Shown here: positions 1 through 10,070 of the stretch, piece by piece
Numbering within the stretch: the first letter of the stretch is position 1
How the letters are laid out: each line of letters begins with the position of its first letter
From: an uncultured virus (IMG/VR IMGVR_UViG_2061766007_000491)
Taxonomy: Duplodnaviria; Heunggongvirae; Uroviricota; Caudoviricetes
Direction: 5' to 3' (one strand)
Virus record (IMG/VR): IMGVR_UViG_2061766007_000491
Length of the DNA stretch: 54,388 nt
Position numbers and translations under genes: made by a program
Notes under the pieces: generated by a model
What the model was told of the DNA's origin: nothing
The model's input: only the letters and a program-made list of their open reading frames with translations
The model's database searches: none

Positions 1-174
1 TGAAGAGATAAAAAAGGATGACCCCTTTGATTTGAAGCGTTATAAGGGGGACATACCTGAGTATATGGGCGGTGGGATGCCTAAGAAGCCCGAAGTGATC
101 GTGACGGGTTTGGATAATAATACAACACCGTATGAGAACCCTGTGAGTGGTGGAACGACAAAGACATATCCAAG

Positions 175-783
175 ATGACAACGGTAGATTTATATATTAA
201 AGAGGCTAAGAAACTAAACAGACATAACAATTCTTGGGTGAACTATGCCTTGAGACTTGTGTTACAGGAATACGAAAAGCTGGATAAAAGCGATGATGAG
301 TCTGTGGAACGGTTTTATACTTGGGCTATGGAGACGTTATGTCCAGCATTCTGGGGTGTTTATGAAATGCACTTCCTGTATGGTGATCGTGACCCTGAGC
401 AGTGGTTAAAAGAGAATACGGGTTTTCTGTATCGCTTAGAGAGACTGCTGATAGACGGCAAGGGCGAGGCTTTGAAGCAGATGCGTGATAAGTTGCCGAT
501 GTTGTTTAATATGCCTTCTGCTGAGGATGTGCCAGCCGAGGAAGTGATGTGTACTTGTGATGGTGACTGTAGCAGGTGCGATGGTCAGCAAGTGGAGTGT
601 AAAGATTGCAAGTATTGTGGGGATATTCCAGACGATGAAAAGGTAGCGTGTACCTGTGAGGATGGGGACTGTATGGATTGCAATGGGCAGAATGTGGCGT
701 GTAAGGATTGCAAGTATGGTGGGTGTAAGAAGGATATAGATGGTGATATGCCTGTGATGGGTGTAGATGTGAGGGTTCCATGA
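175..783 (+). CDS. Hypothetical protein with two Cys-rich C-terminal repeats
   Basis: Repeats CTCDGDCSRCDGQQVECKDCKYCG and CTCEDGDCMDCNGQNVACKDCKYGG; likely metal-binding. Confidence 0.7.
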   Translation: MTTVDLYIKEAKKLNRHNNSWVNYALRLVLQEYEKLDKSDDESVERFYTWAMETLCPAFWGVYEMHFLYGDRDPEQWLKENTGFLYRLERLLIDGKGEALKQMRDKLPMLFNMPSAEDVPAEEVMCTCDGDCSRCDGQQVECKDCKYCGDIPDDEKVACTCEDGDCMDCNGQNVACKDCKYGGCKKDIDGDMPVMGVDVRVP

Positions 784-1133
784 GTGATGTAGATTTTAGC
801 GATATTAAGAAGGAATACGAGGATGCTTGTATCAGGTGTTTAGCGAAGAGTTCTGGCATACCAGAGAAGAAGCTGAGAGCCTATTATGAAGAGCAGCGTG
901 AGTATTACAGGCGAAAACGAGAAGAAGCGAAAAAGCCTGTGGATGAAGCTATGTCCTTTGCGCTGGGTTCAATCCATGATGTGCTGGAAGGGCGTGAGAA
1001 GCAGAGACAAGAGCGAGAACGTGAACATGAGAAGCGTATAGAAGAGGTCAATAATAAGACTCGTGACTTCTTAAAGAAGCTGATAGATGCGGAGAAGGAG
1101 CGGATTATTGGAAAGGGAGACGTGTTGATATGA
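780..1133 (+). CDS. Hypothetical charged coiled-coil protein
   Basis: ORF coupled to both neighbours by ATGA overlaps; E/K/R-rich. Confidence 0.7.
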   Translation: MSDVDFSDIKKEYEDACIRCLAKSSGIPEKKLRAYYEEQREYYRRKREEAKKPVDEAMSFALGSIHDVLEGREKQRQEREREHEKRIEEVNNKTRDFLKKLIDAEKERIIGKGDVLI

Positions 1134-1357
1134 GTGCGATAAATAAGCGTCAGTGGGTATCTTTAGACGATAATGACCTGCTTGTTGTCCTGAATAAATC
1201 CAGGGTAGTGAAGGGCGTGTATATGCTGAACAGCCAAGGTGCGTTAGTAAGTGCGACTTATAGCGATGTTGCGGGCGGTTGGATAGATGCGAATGAATTT
1301 GAATTGAAAAAGGGTGACGATGGTTGGGTTAAGATAAAAGGAAAGATATTATGTTAG
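1130..1357 (+). CDS. Hypothetical protein
   Basis: ORF in a translationally coupled + strand string. Confidence 0.65.
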   Translation: MSAINKRQWVSLDDNDLLVVLNKSRVVKGVYMLNSQGALVSATYSDVAGGWIDANEFELKKGDDGWVKIKGKILC

Positions 1358-1563
1358 CTTATATATCTGATGAATGGTTCGTGTGCTGGTATGTGTTTGG
1401 GTTCTTTCTGGGTGCGTTTGGTGCGCTAGTGAACGGTGTAGCGATACACGAACAAAAGAAAGCATACAGCATACGGTTTGATACGGTGCTGTATTTTTGT
1501 TTATGTGTGGGTGCGATGGTGTTTAGCGGTGTGAAGCTGTTTTTGTTATGGCTGGCAAGATAA
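1351..1563 (+). CDS. Small membrane protein
   Basis: Two hydrophobic segments in 70 aa. Confidence 0.6.
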   Translation: MLAYISDEWFVCWYVFGFFLGAFGALVNGVAIHEQKKAYSIRFDTVLYFCLCVGAMVFSGVKLFLLWLAR

Positions 1564-1943
1564 AGGAATATAGAAGGGATTATAATACTTGGATTAAGTT
1601 TAATGGAAACGACCCCGTTGAATCAAGAGCCATGTTTTACTTTGAACTGGCTGAGTTATACGATCGCTACTGGAAAAAGGAATTGCTGATGTACGGACGA
1701 TGCGAGTGTTTGGTCTATGAGGAAGCTGGTTATGTAGAGATACGCTGTATAGAACGCAAGCATAGATTCTGGTTTGGTGAGAAGTGTAGTGCAATACGCA
1801 GGTTTAAGTTGCTGGATGACAAGCTCCATGTACTGATCTATATGGTGAAAGAAAGCATAGTAGATGATTGTATCATAGACAGAAGCACATCCTATAATCC
1901 GCATGATGGAACCGATGCAACAGTTGGAACTGTTCAAGGGTGA
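1548..1943 (+). CDS. Hypothetical protein
   Basis: ORF in the + strand string. Confidence 0.6.
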   Translation: MAGKIKEYRRDYNTWIKFNGNDPVESRAMFYFELAELYDRYWKKELLMYGRCECLVYEEAGYVEIRCIERKHRFWFGEKCSAIRRFKLLDDKLHVLIYMVKESIVDDCIIDRSTSYNPHDGTDATVGTVQG

Positions 1944-2328
1944 AGAGATCATCCTGGTGGACGGCGATAAGTGGGACTTATTCTTGTGGGATAACGAGGG
2001 TCTGGATAACCAGTTACACAAGATGAGACGGTACGGTATTCCATTGGATAAGGCTTCGTTCAAGCTGCACTTCTGGTTGAGGGTGTGGAATGGGTATCGG
2101 GTTGAGCCGTATAAGCTGATGATGACACATGAGTCTGAGGTGGTGGAAGGTTCGGTCGTGAAGCACAGGCAGTTATACACGGAGGGCAAGATAGTGGATA
2201 GTGTAATGTGGAAAGGCGAGAATATAAAAGAGAAAATTTTTGATTGGGTATTTGACACGATGCTGTTTTGTTTGTATAAAATAGCGCACGGTCACTGCGT
2301 AAAGAGTGATAGTAGTGTGAAAGGATAG
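1903..2328 (+). CDS. Hypothetical protein, probable paralog of 2333-2722
   Basis: LVDGDKWDLFLWD resembles LDEGEKWDIFCWN in the next ORF; ENIKEKIFDWV resembles EDITQDIIDRV. Confidence 0.65.
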   Translation: MMEPMQQLELFKGEEIILVDGDKWDLFLWDNEGLDNQLHKMRRYGIPLDKASFKLHFWLRVWNGYRVEPYKLMMTHESEVVEGSVVKHRQLYTEGKIVDSVMWKGENIKEKIFDWVFDTMLFCLYKIAHGHCVKSDSSVKG

Positions 2329-2332
2329 CGAT

Positions 2333-2722
2333 ATGGTTGAGCATAAGGATTGTATATTTTTAGAACTGGATGAGGGAGAAAAGTGGGATATATTCTGCTG
2401 GAACGATGCGAAACGGTTTGTCAGTGCTGCGGGTGTGTATGGTTCTGCACCATTTACGCTGGATTTTAGGTTGCAGACGTATCACTTAGGCAATCTGTGG
2501 AAGAGCTACCCTATAAGGTTCAATCACACAACGTATAACGGCAAGACGAAGCGGAACTCACTTGAATATCTGGGCATAGAAAAACTTGTTTTGCCGTTAC
2601 ACACGGTGAAGTTTTATTTTGAGGATATAACACAGGACATTATAGACAGGGTAGCTGAACAGTTACTAGAGAAACAGGCTGAAATGACAGCGGAGGATGT
2701 GACTTATGACACAGAAGGTTGA
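2333..2722 (+). CDS. Hypothetical protein, probable paralog of 1903-2328
   Basis: Shared motifs with the previous ORF; AAGGA upstream. Confidence 0.65.
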   Translation: MVEHKDCIFLELDEGEKWDIFCWNDAKRFVSAAGVYGSAPFTLDFRLQTYHLGNLWKSYPIRFNHTTYNGKTKRNSLEYLGIEKLVLPLHTVKFYFEDITQDIIDRVAEQLLEKQAEMTAEDVTYDTEG

Positions 2723-2900
2723 GGAAATAACCGAGAAAGAGCTATTCCTGAATCGGTTAGAGGATATGTATAATAAAGCGACCGAGAAAGGTGACTTGGA
2801 ACTGATGTTTAGGGTAGCGTGTAAGCGTTATGAAGTGAACGGCCTGAGTGATGGTGTGAAGGATGTTAAGGCACTCTTAGAAGGTTTAGCGAATGCGTGA
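2706..2900 (+). CDS. Hypothetical protein
   Basis: 64 aa ORF in the + strand string. Confidence 0.6.
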   Translation: MTQKVEEITEKELFLNRLEDMYNKATEKGDLELMFRVACKRYEVNGLSDGVKDVKALLEGLANA

Positions 2901-3006
2901 TGACGTGGGAAGAGATAGTAGCGATTATTGTATTGGTAGGGATGATAGCGTCTGGCGTGTATATATTAGCGGATATATGTCGGATGCTGTGGGTCTTATA
3001 CAATGA

Positions 3007-3450
3007 TTGGAGGAACAGGCAGTGAACAAGGAAGTGTACCATGTGGATAAGGAGCTTGACCCTTTTGGGGAGGGTAACTTAGTGTGGGGTGTGCGTATTG
3101 TTCCTGACAGCTTTAAGATCGTTCAGTGGGAAGAGGACTTGATGTTTTGGTATATAAATGTGTTTTTGGACTTTAAGAAGGACACACCGTATGCGTTAGG
3201 AGGGTACCATTCTTTGTTGATGTATCGTTTTAAGTGGATGAAAAACACAAAGAACAATAGAGTGTTTATGAGGCATATACTTGAACGTGAGAATCATTCT
3301 GGTGTGATTGTAGGTTTATCTAAGATCATGTTGTATAAACAGGACATAATGAATGGTGTGGTGAATGAGGTGCATAACTTGGTGAAGGAAATGCTGACGT
3401 GTGTGTCTCTGGATATGGGTGCAAAGGTAAAGGAGTGTTTTAAGTGTTAG
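3007..3450 (+). CDS. Hypothetical protein
   Basis: ORF; start codon uncertain. Confidence 0.6.
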   Translation: MEEQAVNKEVYHVDKELDPFGEGNLVWGVRIVPDSFKIVQWEEDLMFWYINVFLDFKKDTPYALGGYHSLLMYRFKWMKNTKNNRVFMRHILERENHSGVIVGLSKIMLYKQDIMNGVVNEVHNLVKEMLTCVSLDMGAKVKECFKC

Positions 3451-3452
3451 GT

Positions 3453-3566
3453 ATGTGGGTTGTGTATTTGCTTATCAGCATGGCTACGTTTTTTGTGGTG
3501 GGGTATCTGGCTCTGTTATGGGCGTTTACAGCATACAATATATATTTGGATTTTAAGAAGCGATAA
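3453..3566 (+). CDS. Small membrane protein (37 aa, below the ORF-track cutoff)
   Basis: MWVVYLLISMATFFVVGYLALLWAFTAYNIYLDFKKR*; TAATG overlap with the next ORF. Confidence 0.5.
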   Translation: MWVVYLLISMATFFVVGYLALLWAFTAYNIYLDFKKR

Positions 3567-3718
3567 TGGATTTTGTAAGTTTTTGTATTATTATACTAGG
3601 GTTAGTGGGTATTGTATGTTCTTTTGCTCTGATCGTGTTGACGCTGGCGGTGCTATGGTACAACATGAGGAAGTGGAAAAAGGAATTTGACTTGGACAAA
3701 GGACGGTTTGACGTATGA
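3566..3718 (+). CDS. Small membrane protein (50 aa, below the ORF-track cutoff)
   Basis: MDFVSFCIIILGLVGIVCSFALIVLTLAVLWYNMRKWKK...; ATGA overlap with the MTase start at 3715. Confidence 0.5.
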   Translation: MDFVSFCIIILGLVGIVCSFALIVLTLAVLWYNMRKWKKEFDLDKGRFDV

Positions 3719-5130
3719 CGATAAACGCATTGGAATCAGCGAAAAGCTGTTACAACAGCATGGAGAGGGCAGGTATTAAGGATGACGTGAAGCCGTACCT
3801 GCTGGGGTTATGCTGGTGTTACCTGAACGAGTTGGAAAAGACGCTGGGCAGAATGCTTGACTTTGACCTGATACATGAGCGGTTAAAGCTGATGACTAGG
3901 GACGAGTTAGAGTTAGAACTGCTTTCAGGATACCGTAAATGGTTTAGAGCAGGGTTTCACCGTGAGTATGATATAAAGTATTTGACGGATATTGTCTGGA
4001 AGGACGCAACGAGGCTACCAGCGGAGGAACTGCTGGGCGTGGTGATGAACGTGTGGAAGTTGTGGAGAACATACAGAGAGGATATGTATGATTTTCTGGG
4101 CTTTTTCCTGAGTGTACTGTGCGAGGGCAATGAATCCAAGAACGAGGTTTATACACCAGATCATATCGGTGGTTTCCTGTGCGAAGTGCTGGGAGTGGAT
4201 AAGAACTCGGTTGTGCTTGACCCGACTTGCGGGACAGGGGCGTTGTTACTACAGGCGCATAGGTATATGTTAAAGAATTGTGTAGAGTTGTCTGATGTGG
4301 CGAATATCTTTGATAATGTTCTGGGTATTGAATGCAAAGAAACGACTTATGAGATAGCGACACTGAACATGGCGTGTCAGAACAACGGTATGGCTAATAT
4401 ATGGTATGGCAGTTGTTTCTACATGGATGATTATATCAAGAAGCTACGGCCAGATGTGATATTGATGAATCCACCGTATAACACGCATATAAGTGATGTG
4501 CCAGAGGATTATCGCCGTGAGTGGGGTAATGTGAAGGGTACTGAGGAACCGACTAAGGGTCTAGTGTTCGTGCGGTATATAAGCGATCTTGTGCGTGAGT
4601 ACAATGACAACCATGAAGCGAAGTGGTTGCCGAAGCTGGCGGTGATCGTGCCGACCAGTGCTGCAATAGGCAACGGTAAAGTGTTGCAGGGCGTGAGAGA
4701 ATCGTTACTGAGGGATAATACACTGGATGCGGTGTTTAGCTTGCCAGAGGGGTTATTTTATCCGTGTGCGAGCGTGTCTGTGGTGGCTATGGTGTTTAAC
4801 ATGGGAGTGCCACACTGTGACGAGAACGGCGATGTGAAGCGAGATACCTTTTTTGGGTATTACAAGGATGACGGTTTTAAGAACAAGAAAGGGTTAGGCA
4901 GAGCAGAGTCACCTGGATGGCAAGCTGGTATCAGCAGGGAATGGGTGTACTTGTACGAACACAGGGAGCCGAGGGATGGAAAAAGCGCAGTGATGAAGGT
5001 GAAAGCGAGTGATGAATGGCTGTGTGAAGCGTATATGAAAACGGACTATAGCAAGTTGACTGCACAGGATTTTGAGCAGACAGTGAGGAACTATGTAGCG
5101 TATAGGATAAAGAAAGGCGATACATTATGA
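3715..5130 (+). CDS. N6-adenine DNA methyltransferase (HsdM/type IIG-like domain)
   Basis: YTP motif, SAM-binding VLDPTCGTG, catalytic NPPY. Confidence 0.9.
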   Translation: MTINALESAKSCYNSMERAGIKDDVKPYLLGLCWCYLNELEKTLGRMLDFDLIHERLKLMTRDELELELLSGYRKWFRAGFHREYDIKYLTDIVWKDATRLPAEELLGVVMNVWKLWRTYREDMYDFLGFFLSVLCEGNESKNEVYTPDHIGGFLCEVLGVDKNSVVLDPTCGTGALLLQAHRYMLKNCVELSDVANIFDNVLGIECKETTYEIATLNMACQNNGMANIWYGSCFYMDDYIKKLRPDVILMNPPYNTHISDVPEDYRREWGNVKGTEEPTKGLVFVRYISDLVREYNDNHEAKWLPKLAVIVPTSAAIGNGKVLQGVRESLLRDNTLDAVFSLPEGLFYPCASVSVVAMVFNMGVPHCDENGDVKRDTFFGYYKDDGFKNKKGLGRAESPGWQAGISREWVYLYEHREPRDGKSAVMKVKASDEWLCEAYMKTDYSKLTAQDFEQTVRNYVAYRIKKGDTL

Positions 5131-5543
5131 AAATTGATTTGGATGAGACTTTGAAGGGCAGAGGTGCTATGAAGTGGAACCTCATATCTACGAACAATCA
5201 GCTTAAATACTACGAAAAGAGTAAGTTAAAGGAATGGTTGAACATGGAGTTTGACCCTGCAAAGGAGTTGGGCTTAGTGTTGTATGTGAGTGCAGAGGGT
5301 TGTCTTTTTAGCTGGCCGATGGTGTACGATAAAGATACGGAGAAGTTGCGGTTTTGTGGCTGGTATCATGGTGATGTCTGTGAAGCAGAACCCGATGAAG
5401 TGGAAGCGATTATCGGAGGTGGGCGTGACCTGATAGAGTTTGTTAAGCATGATGCGAGGGTGGATTTTATATATCACGAACGGTATAAGGGCGAAGAGCA
5501 TGAGGATGAATTTGACCCCAGCGAGCAATGGTATGATATTTAG
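5127..5543 (+). CDS. Hypothetical protein
   Basis: ATGA-coupled to the MTase. Confidence 0.6.
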   Translation: MKIDLDETLKGRGAMKWNLISTNNQLKYYEKSKLKEWLNMEFDPAKELGLVLYVSAEGCLFSWPMVYDKDTEKLRFCGWYHGDVCEAEPDEVEAIIGGGRDLIEFVKHDARVDFIYHERYKGEEHEDEFDPSEQWYDI

Positions 5544-5549
5544 AATAGT

Positions 5550-6376
5550 ATGGGAGAGTTGATTAGACCACCTTTTGCGTACATAGGAGCCAAGACAAGG
5601 TTTCTGGACTGGATATATTCTTTTTTCCCACACCATACTACGTTTGTGGATGTGTTTGGTGGTTCGGGGGTAGTGACGTTTAACAAAGTACCTTCCAAGA
5701 ATGATGTGTATAACGATCTGAACGGAAGGATAGTGAACTTCTATTCAGTGTTAAGGGACGTGTATATGCGACAGGTACTAGCGGAGTTGATAAGCCTGAC
5801 ACCGTATTCCAGAGAGGAGTTTAAGGCGTGTAAAGAACCAAGTGACGAACCTGTGGAGGATGCCAGACGTTTTTATGTGAAGCAGAACATGAGCTTTTCA
5901 GCGTGTGGGCATAGTTTTGGTTATGTACGAGGTGATGTAACATCCAAGCGCACAACATTTTATGAGCTAGATTGGGGGGGGTAATAAAGAGGATGCAGAT
6001 GATTACGTTTGAGAATTTGCCCTTTGAACGTATGTTTGAGAACTACGATTCATCTAGCACGTTGTTTTATTGTGACCCACCGTATATTGAGACTTATGGA
6101 ACGAATGAATATACAGGCGAGTGGGGACAGAAGGAACAGGATAGACTTATAGATGTGTTACGGAATGCTAAGGGTTATGTGGTTATGTCCAGCTATGAGC
6201 ATGAGTCTCTGGATAGGTTATTAAAAGAGGGATGGCAGTTGGAAAAGAAAGAGGTTTCCTGTGCTTATAAGAACTCGGTGGATGGTTTGGGCAAGGTAGA
6301 TACAAAGAGGGTTGAGTGCTTGTATATCAATCCGAAAGTGGTTAATGATGTAAAGAATAGGTTTTTATTCAAGTAA
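5550..6376 (+). pseudogene. Dam/D12-class adenine methyltransferase frameshifted at a G8 tract (possibly phase variable)
   Basis: First half (5550-5984) has YIGAK, FVDVFGGSG, VYNDLN; second half (5972-6376) has FYCDPPY; frames join if the tract at 5974-5981 is G9. Confidence 0.85.
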
Positions 6377-7408
6377 TGGCATGGACGTTATCGAGAAGGT
6401 TTGTAGAGGAATGCGTGAGCTTGCCTTGTTCGCAGGTGCGGGAGGCGGAATCCTCGGAGGTAAGATGTTGGGTTGGAGAACTGTGTGCGCAGTTGAGATC
6501 GAACCCTGGTGTCAAAGCGTTTTGTGCGCCAGACAGAATGAAGGAACGCTCGAAGCATTCCCGATTTGGGATGACGTATGCACCTTTGACGGAAGAGCTT
6601 GGGAGGGACGTTGTGACGTTGTATCGGGAGGGTTCCCTTGCCAAGACATATCCGCAGCCAATACGAAGGGTGCTGGAATCAGCGGATTACGAAGCGGATT
6701 ATGGTCGCAGATGTTCAGGATTATATCGGAGGTACGACCGAGGTTCGTGTTCGTGGAAAACAGCCCAATGCTTATTCACAGGGGTTTGGGAAGAGTGCTT
6801 GGAGACTTGGCCTCAATGGGGTACGATGCGGAATATGGAGTGTTGGGAGCGGACGGCGTGGGAGCCAACCATGAACGGAAACGGATGTGGATTCTGGGGG
6901 CAAAAGTGGATGACACCGACAGCGCACGATGCGAGCGAGAGGGATGCCAGCAAGACGAGTGTAGTCAAGAGGGACAATCCGTTACTGGAAACACAGGCAC
7001 TATTTTTTCCGACACCAGTAGCGAGATCATGGAAGGACACAGCGAGTACGTCAGAAATGGCGAGGCACGAACCAGCCCTGTCCAAGCTCTTCCCAGAGAA
7101 GGGGGAGTATGTGAACCCTGGGGACAAGTGCATAGCGATAGCAGAGGAACGGATGCGCAAAGCTGGCGTGACTGGTGTGGAGTCTTTCTTTCCGACACCT
7201 ACAACGATCGGCATGAGGGGGGGGGGCACACAGTTGGCAGAAACTCAAGAAACTCAGAGACTTAGGGTATATAACGCCAGAGGAAATGAGTGCTATGGCT
7301 TCCACGACTGGTGGCAAACTGAACCCGATGTGGGTCGAGTGGCTAATGGGATGGCCTCTAGGGTGGACAGACTTAAAGCCACTGGAAACGGTCAAGTACC
7401 TGCGGTAG
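6376..7408 (+). CDS. Overlapping alternate-frame partner polypeptide of the C5 MTase, interrupted by the same G10
   Basis: Long open frame with WMTP/FPTP repeats; with G9 it continues into KLNPMWVEWLMGWPLGWTD (motif IX-like) and stops at 7408. Confidence 0.6.
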
Positions 7409-7464
7409 CAGCAGTTATGTTTGTTGTGCTGTTACGGAGGATGCTGGAAAAGAAAAAAAGTTAA
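6381..7464 (+). pseudogene. C5-cytosine DNA methyltransferase frameshifted at a G10 tract (possibly phase variable)
   Basis: LFAGAGG, GGFPCQD, ENSP and HERKRMWI in frame 6381; motif X-like RLKATGNGQVP lies in the +1 frame after the G10 at 7217-7226. Confidence 0.85.
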
Positions 7465-7471
7465 AAATAAA

Positions 7472-7509
7472 TGTAGAAAAAACGGTGTCTAAAGTATATT
7501 ATTAGAATG
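7472..7509 (+). promoter_or_regulatory. Recurrent phage promoter motif, copy 1
   Basis: TGTAGAAAAAACGGTGTCTAAAGTATATTATTAGA, i.e. TAGAAA-N17-TATTAT; related copies at 15856, 17394, 26405. Confidence 0.65.
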
Positions 7510-7537
7510 GACACCTTTTGTGGTGTGGAGTGTTTAT

Positions 7538-8002
7538 ATGGATAAAAATACAGAAAAAGACGTTACAAGATACGATGAAACTGCCACAGGCTACCAGTGG
7601 GTAGCTGATGGTCATTTGAAAGAGAAGCACCAATTTGTTGCTTGGGATAACACGGTAGAGACCTGCAAAGTGTGGAGCGAGTCTTTATCAGGAGTGGCTA
7701 ACCTGACATTATACGGTATAGTGTCTCTTGCGGGCAACATGGTAATGAACAAGGTGAATAGCAAGTATATGTATCTCTGGTATAAGGATGATGCTCTTCC
7801 GAAGCTGTTTGCTAGCAGAGACCCCAAAGAAGTCGAGGATAAGAGCAAGCAGGTGTACTTGTCCGAAGTGAGTGTGAATAACACGGATATACATGGTGCG
7901 CTAGTTGCAAGCATTCTGGTTGATTTGAAGCACCGCTTCAAAGATAGTATTTTAGAGAAGTGGGGTAAGAATCCGTTTGATATTTTTAAGCGTGGAGAGT
8001 AG
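7538..8002 (+). CDS. Hypothetical protein
   Basis: ATG at 7538 after GGAG preferred over the GTG at 7520. Confidence 0.65.
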   Translation: MDKNTEKDVTRYDETATGYQWVADGHLKEKHQFVAWDNTVETCKVWSESLSGVANLTLYGIVSLAGNMVMNKVNSKYMYLWYKDDALPKLFASRDPKEVEDKSKQVYLSEVSVNNTDIHGALVASILVDLKHRFKDSILEKWGKNPFDIFKRGE

Positions 8003-8005
8003 GTT

Positions 8006-8785
8006 ATGGCGGTACAGTTTAGACGAAGTGCTTATATTGACTTAGATGACCTGTTCAATGATCGCCCAGAAGGTGTGACTGGATGGGACTTGAGGGATGA
8101 TATTAAGGATATGGGTGTGACTGGCACGGATGGCAGGTTGCGCCCGATATATGTAGAACTGCGAGCGGTATCGGGTCGGTTATCGAGACGTGCTGCGATG
8201 ATGCGGTTTGACTTGGACACAGGAAAGTTTACTGTAGTGGATGATGTCTTTGACCAAGCAGACGAGGAAGAGTACGGCTATACACTGGCTGGCGTGACGT
8301 ATCAGGGCAACCAGATATTAAAGACGCTGGAAGAGGTGATGAGGGCTAAGGTTAAGGCAGAATACAGTAAGCAACAGGAAGAGGCAGCCCAGAACAGAAA
8401 GAAAAAGATGGGCGAGCAGGGTGTTTTGGTGATAGGCTGGGATAAGCCGAACAGAGAGACACTGAGAACGGACATACAGTTTGATGTGAGTTGTTTTCGG
8501 TTCCGCAGCAGCTACAGGTGGGAAGCGGATGTGAAGTTTATCGTAACGGATTACGTAAGTGCGCAGAGAACGCAGAAGTATAACTTCACTGCAAGCGGTG
8601 TATTAAGTCAGGGCTATTTGACCTTGAAGGAACTGGTATTGAACTATCCAGCGGAGAAGTATCCTGTGAAGGAGATATACTGGAAAGATACGAATATGTT
8701 TGCTTTTGAGAATATCTACGATAATGTGCGCAAGGAACTGCAAGATGTGATTTGGCACACAGTGAGGAAAACGATATGCGGTTAG
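8006..8785 (+). CDS. Hypothetical protein
   Basis: 259 aa ORF with GGAG upstream. Confidence 0.7.
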   Translation: MAVQFRRSAYIDLDDLFNDRPEGVTGWDLRDDIKDMGVTGTDGRLRPIYVELRAVSGRLSRRAAMMRFDLDTGKFTVVDDVFDQADEEEYGYTLAGVTYQGNQILKTLEEVMRAKVKAEYSKQQEEAAQNRKKKMGEQGVLVIGWDKPNRETLRTDIQFDVSCFRFRSSYRWEADVKFIVTDYVSAQRTQKYNFTASGVLSQGYLTLKELVLNYPAEKYPVKEIYWKDTNMFAFENIYDNVRKELQDVIWHTVRKTICG

Positions 8786-9249
8786 AGGGTAAGGGTGACG
8801 AGATCGCTCATGTAGCGAAGATATTGAAGCTGGGCGTGTACTTGCCTGACGAATGGATGATCGAGTACAGTGTGGTGGGTGATGAGCATGGTGATAAGAC
8901 CTTTGAGACACCTGGGATTAAGATGCGTATGCCTTTTTCGCTGGAAGTGACCGCCGTGAAGGGTAAGAACAGCAGCAGACGTGCGTTGTTTGTAGAGATA
9001 CCGATGGAGTATGTACGGTATGAACAACGGCATACTAAGACGATGCTGAACAGTAAAAAGGCGACACTGGCGAGCAAGAACGGTGGCATAGCGGATGAGC
9101 TTTGGCTACAGAGCGACTTAGACAATGCGCTTGACGATGTTCAGATACGAGATAAGAGCGTTTACACGGAGATCACGAAACAGTGTAGCGAGATACTGGA
9201 TAAGGCGATTGAGTATGCAGAAAACCATAGAAAAAGCTGGCAAGACTAA
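8752..9249 (+). CDS. Hypothetical protein
   Basis: ORF; true start is probably the internal ATG (MRLEG). Confidence 0.6.
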   Translation: MAHSEENDMRLEGKGDEIAHVAKILKLGVYLPDEWMIEYSVVGDEHGDKTFETPGIKMRMPFSLEVTAVKGKNSSRRALFVEIPMEYVRYEQRHTKTMLNSKKATLASKNGGIADELWLQSDLDNALDDVQIRDKSVYTEITKQCSEILDKAIEYAENHRKSWQD

Positions 9250-9652
9250 GTTGTTAGATTGCATCCGAGACGATTACGGTTGGCAAGATAACTTCGTGGA
9301 GGTTACAGTTAAGATGCTGAAACGTATTGATGCGGAGGCTAAGAACGTAAAAGCGTTTCTATTGAGCTTGGTGTGGCAGTTGGACAACTACGAGAGGAGC
9401 TATGCGGAGAAGCATTATTATCCCTCAATAAAGCCAGATACACAGTTCAGTTACGATGTGAAGTTTGCTGGGTTTGATGTACGTTTTCACGGCTGGTGTC
9501 CACATGAGACGAACCAGGAGGATTATGTGATGTATGTCCTGACTAGAAGATTGAAGTGTATGCTCAAGAACGTGTTAGAGAAGTTGGGTGATAACAAGTA
9601 TATAAAGGATGTTATAGAATATGAATGGTATGTTAAAACGCTTGGTTACTGA
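9125..9652 (+). CDS. Hypothetical protein
   Basis: ORF; true start is probably the internal MQKTIE. Confidence 0.55.
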   Translation: MRLTMFRYEIRAFTRRSRNSVARYWIRRLSMQKTIEKAGKTKLLDCIRDDYGWQDNFVEVTVKMLKRIDAEAKNVKAFLLSLVWQLDNYERSYAEKHYYPSIKPDTQFSYDVKFAGFDVRFHGWCPHETNQEDYVMYVLTRRLKCMLKNVLEKLGDNKYIKDVIEYEWYVKTLGY

Positions 9653-10070
9653 GTATGGTGTTGACGTGGAAAGTACGTTCAATAAGCAGGTAGAAGATTG
9701 CAAATATGAATCAGATGGGCATGAGTTTCTGAAAAATGGAATAAACTTCATAAGCAGACGGCAGAAGGGGGATGAATACGCTGAGGGTGCTATGCTTGGG
9801 TTTATTCTGGGCAGTGCGCATTGTGCTGAGAACATGAAAGTGCTATGTAACGGTCAGAACGAAGGTTTTACGGATGAAATGAATGAGGCTGCGGATAACG
9901 CTATCAGGTCGTTTAAGAAAATGCTGACACCTACACAGTTGGATATGTTTGAAGCGGTGTGGGGTTCGGATGAAGTGCCTATAATGAGTAAGACCAGAGC
10001 CAAGCACTTTTTTATGGTGATAATGACACTGGCAGAGGAAATGTTTGGACATAGACATGAAGTGCAATAG
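9621..10070 (+). CDS. Hypothetical protein
   Basis: ORF in the coupled string. Confidence 0.6.
   Translation: MNGMLKRLVTEYGVDVESTFNKQVEDCKYESDGHEFLKNGINFISRRQKGDEYAEGAMLGFILGSAHCAENMKVLCNGQNEGFTDEMNEAADNAIRSFKKMLTPTQLDMFEAVWGSDEVPIMSKTRAKHFFMVIMTLAEEMFGHRHEVQ

Noticed and set aside
3460..3690. 76-aa ORF from the track
   Set aside because: Two coupled small membrane ORFs (3453-3566, 3566-3718) with ATG starts and overlaps explain the region better
3715..7464. Complete restriction-modification system
   Set aside because: No endonuclease or specificity subunit recognised; orphan MTases are typical of phages
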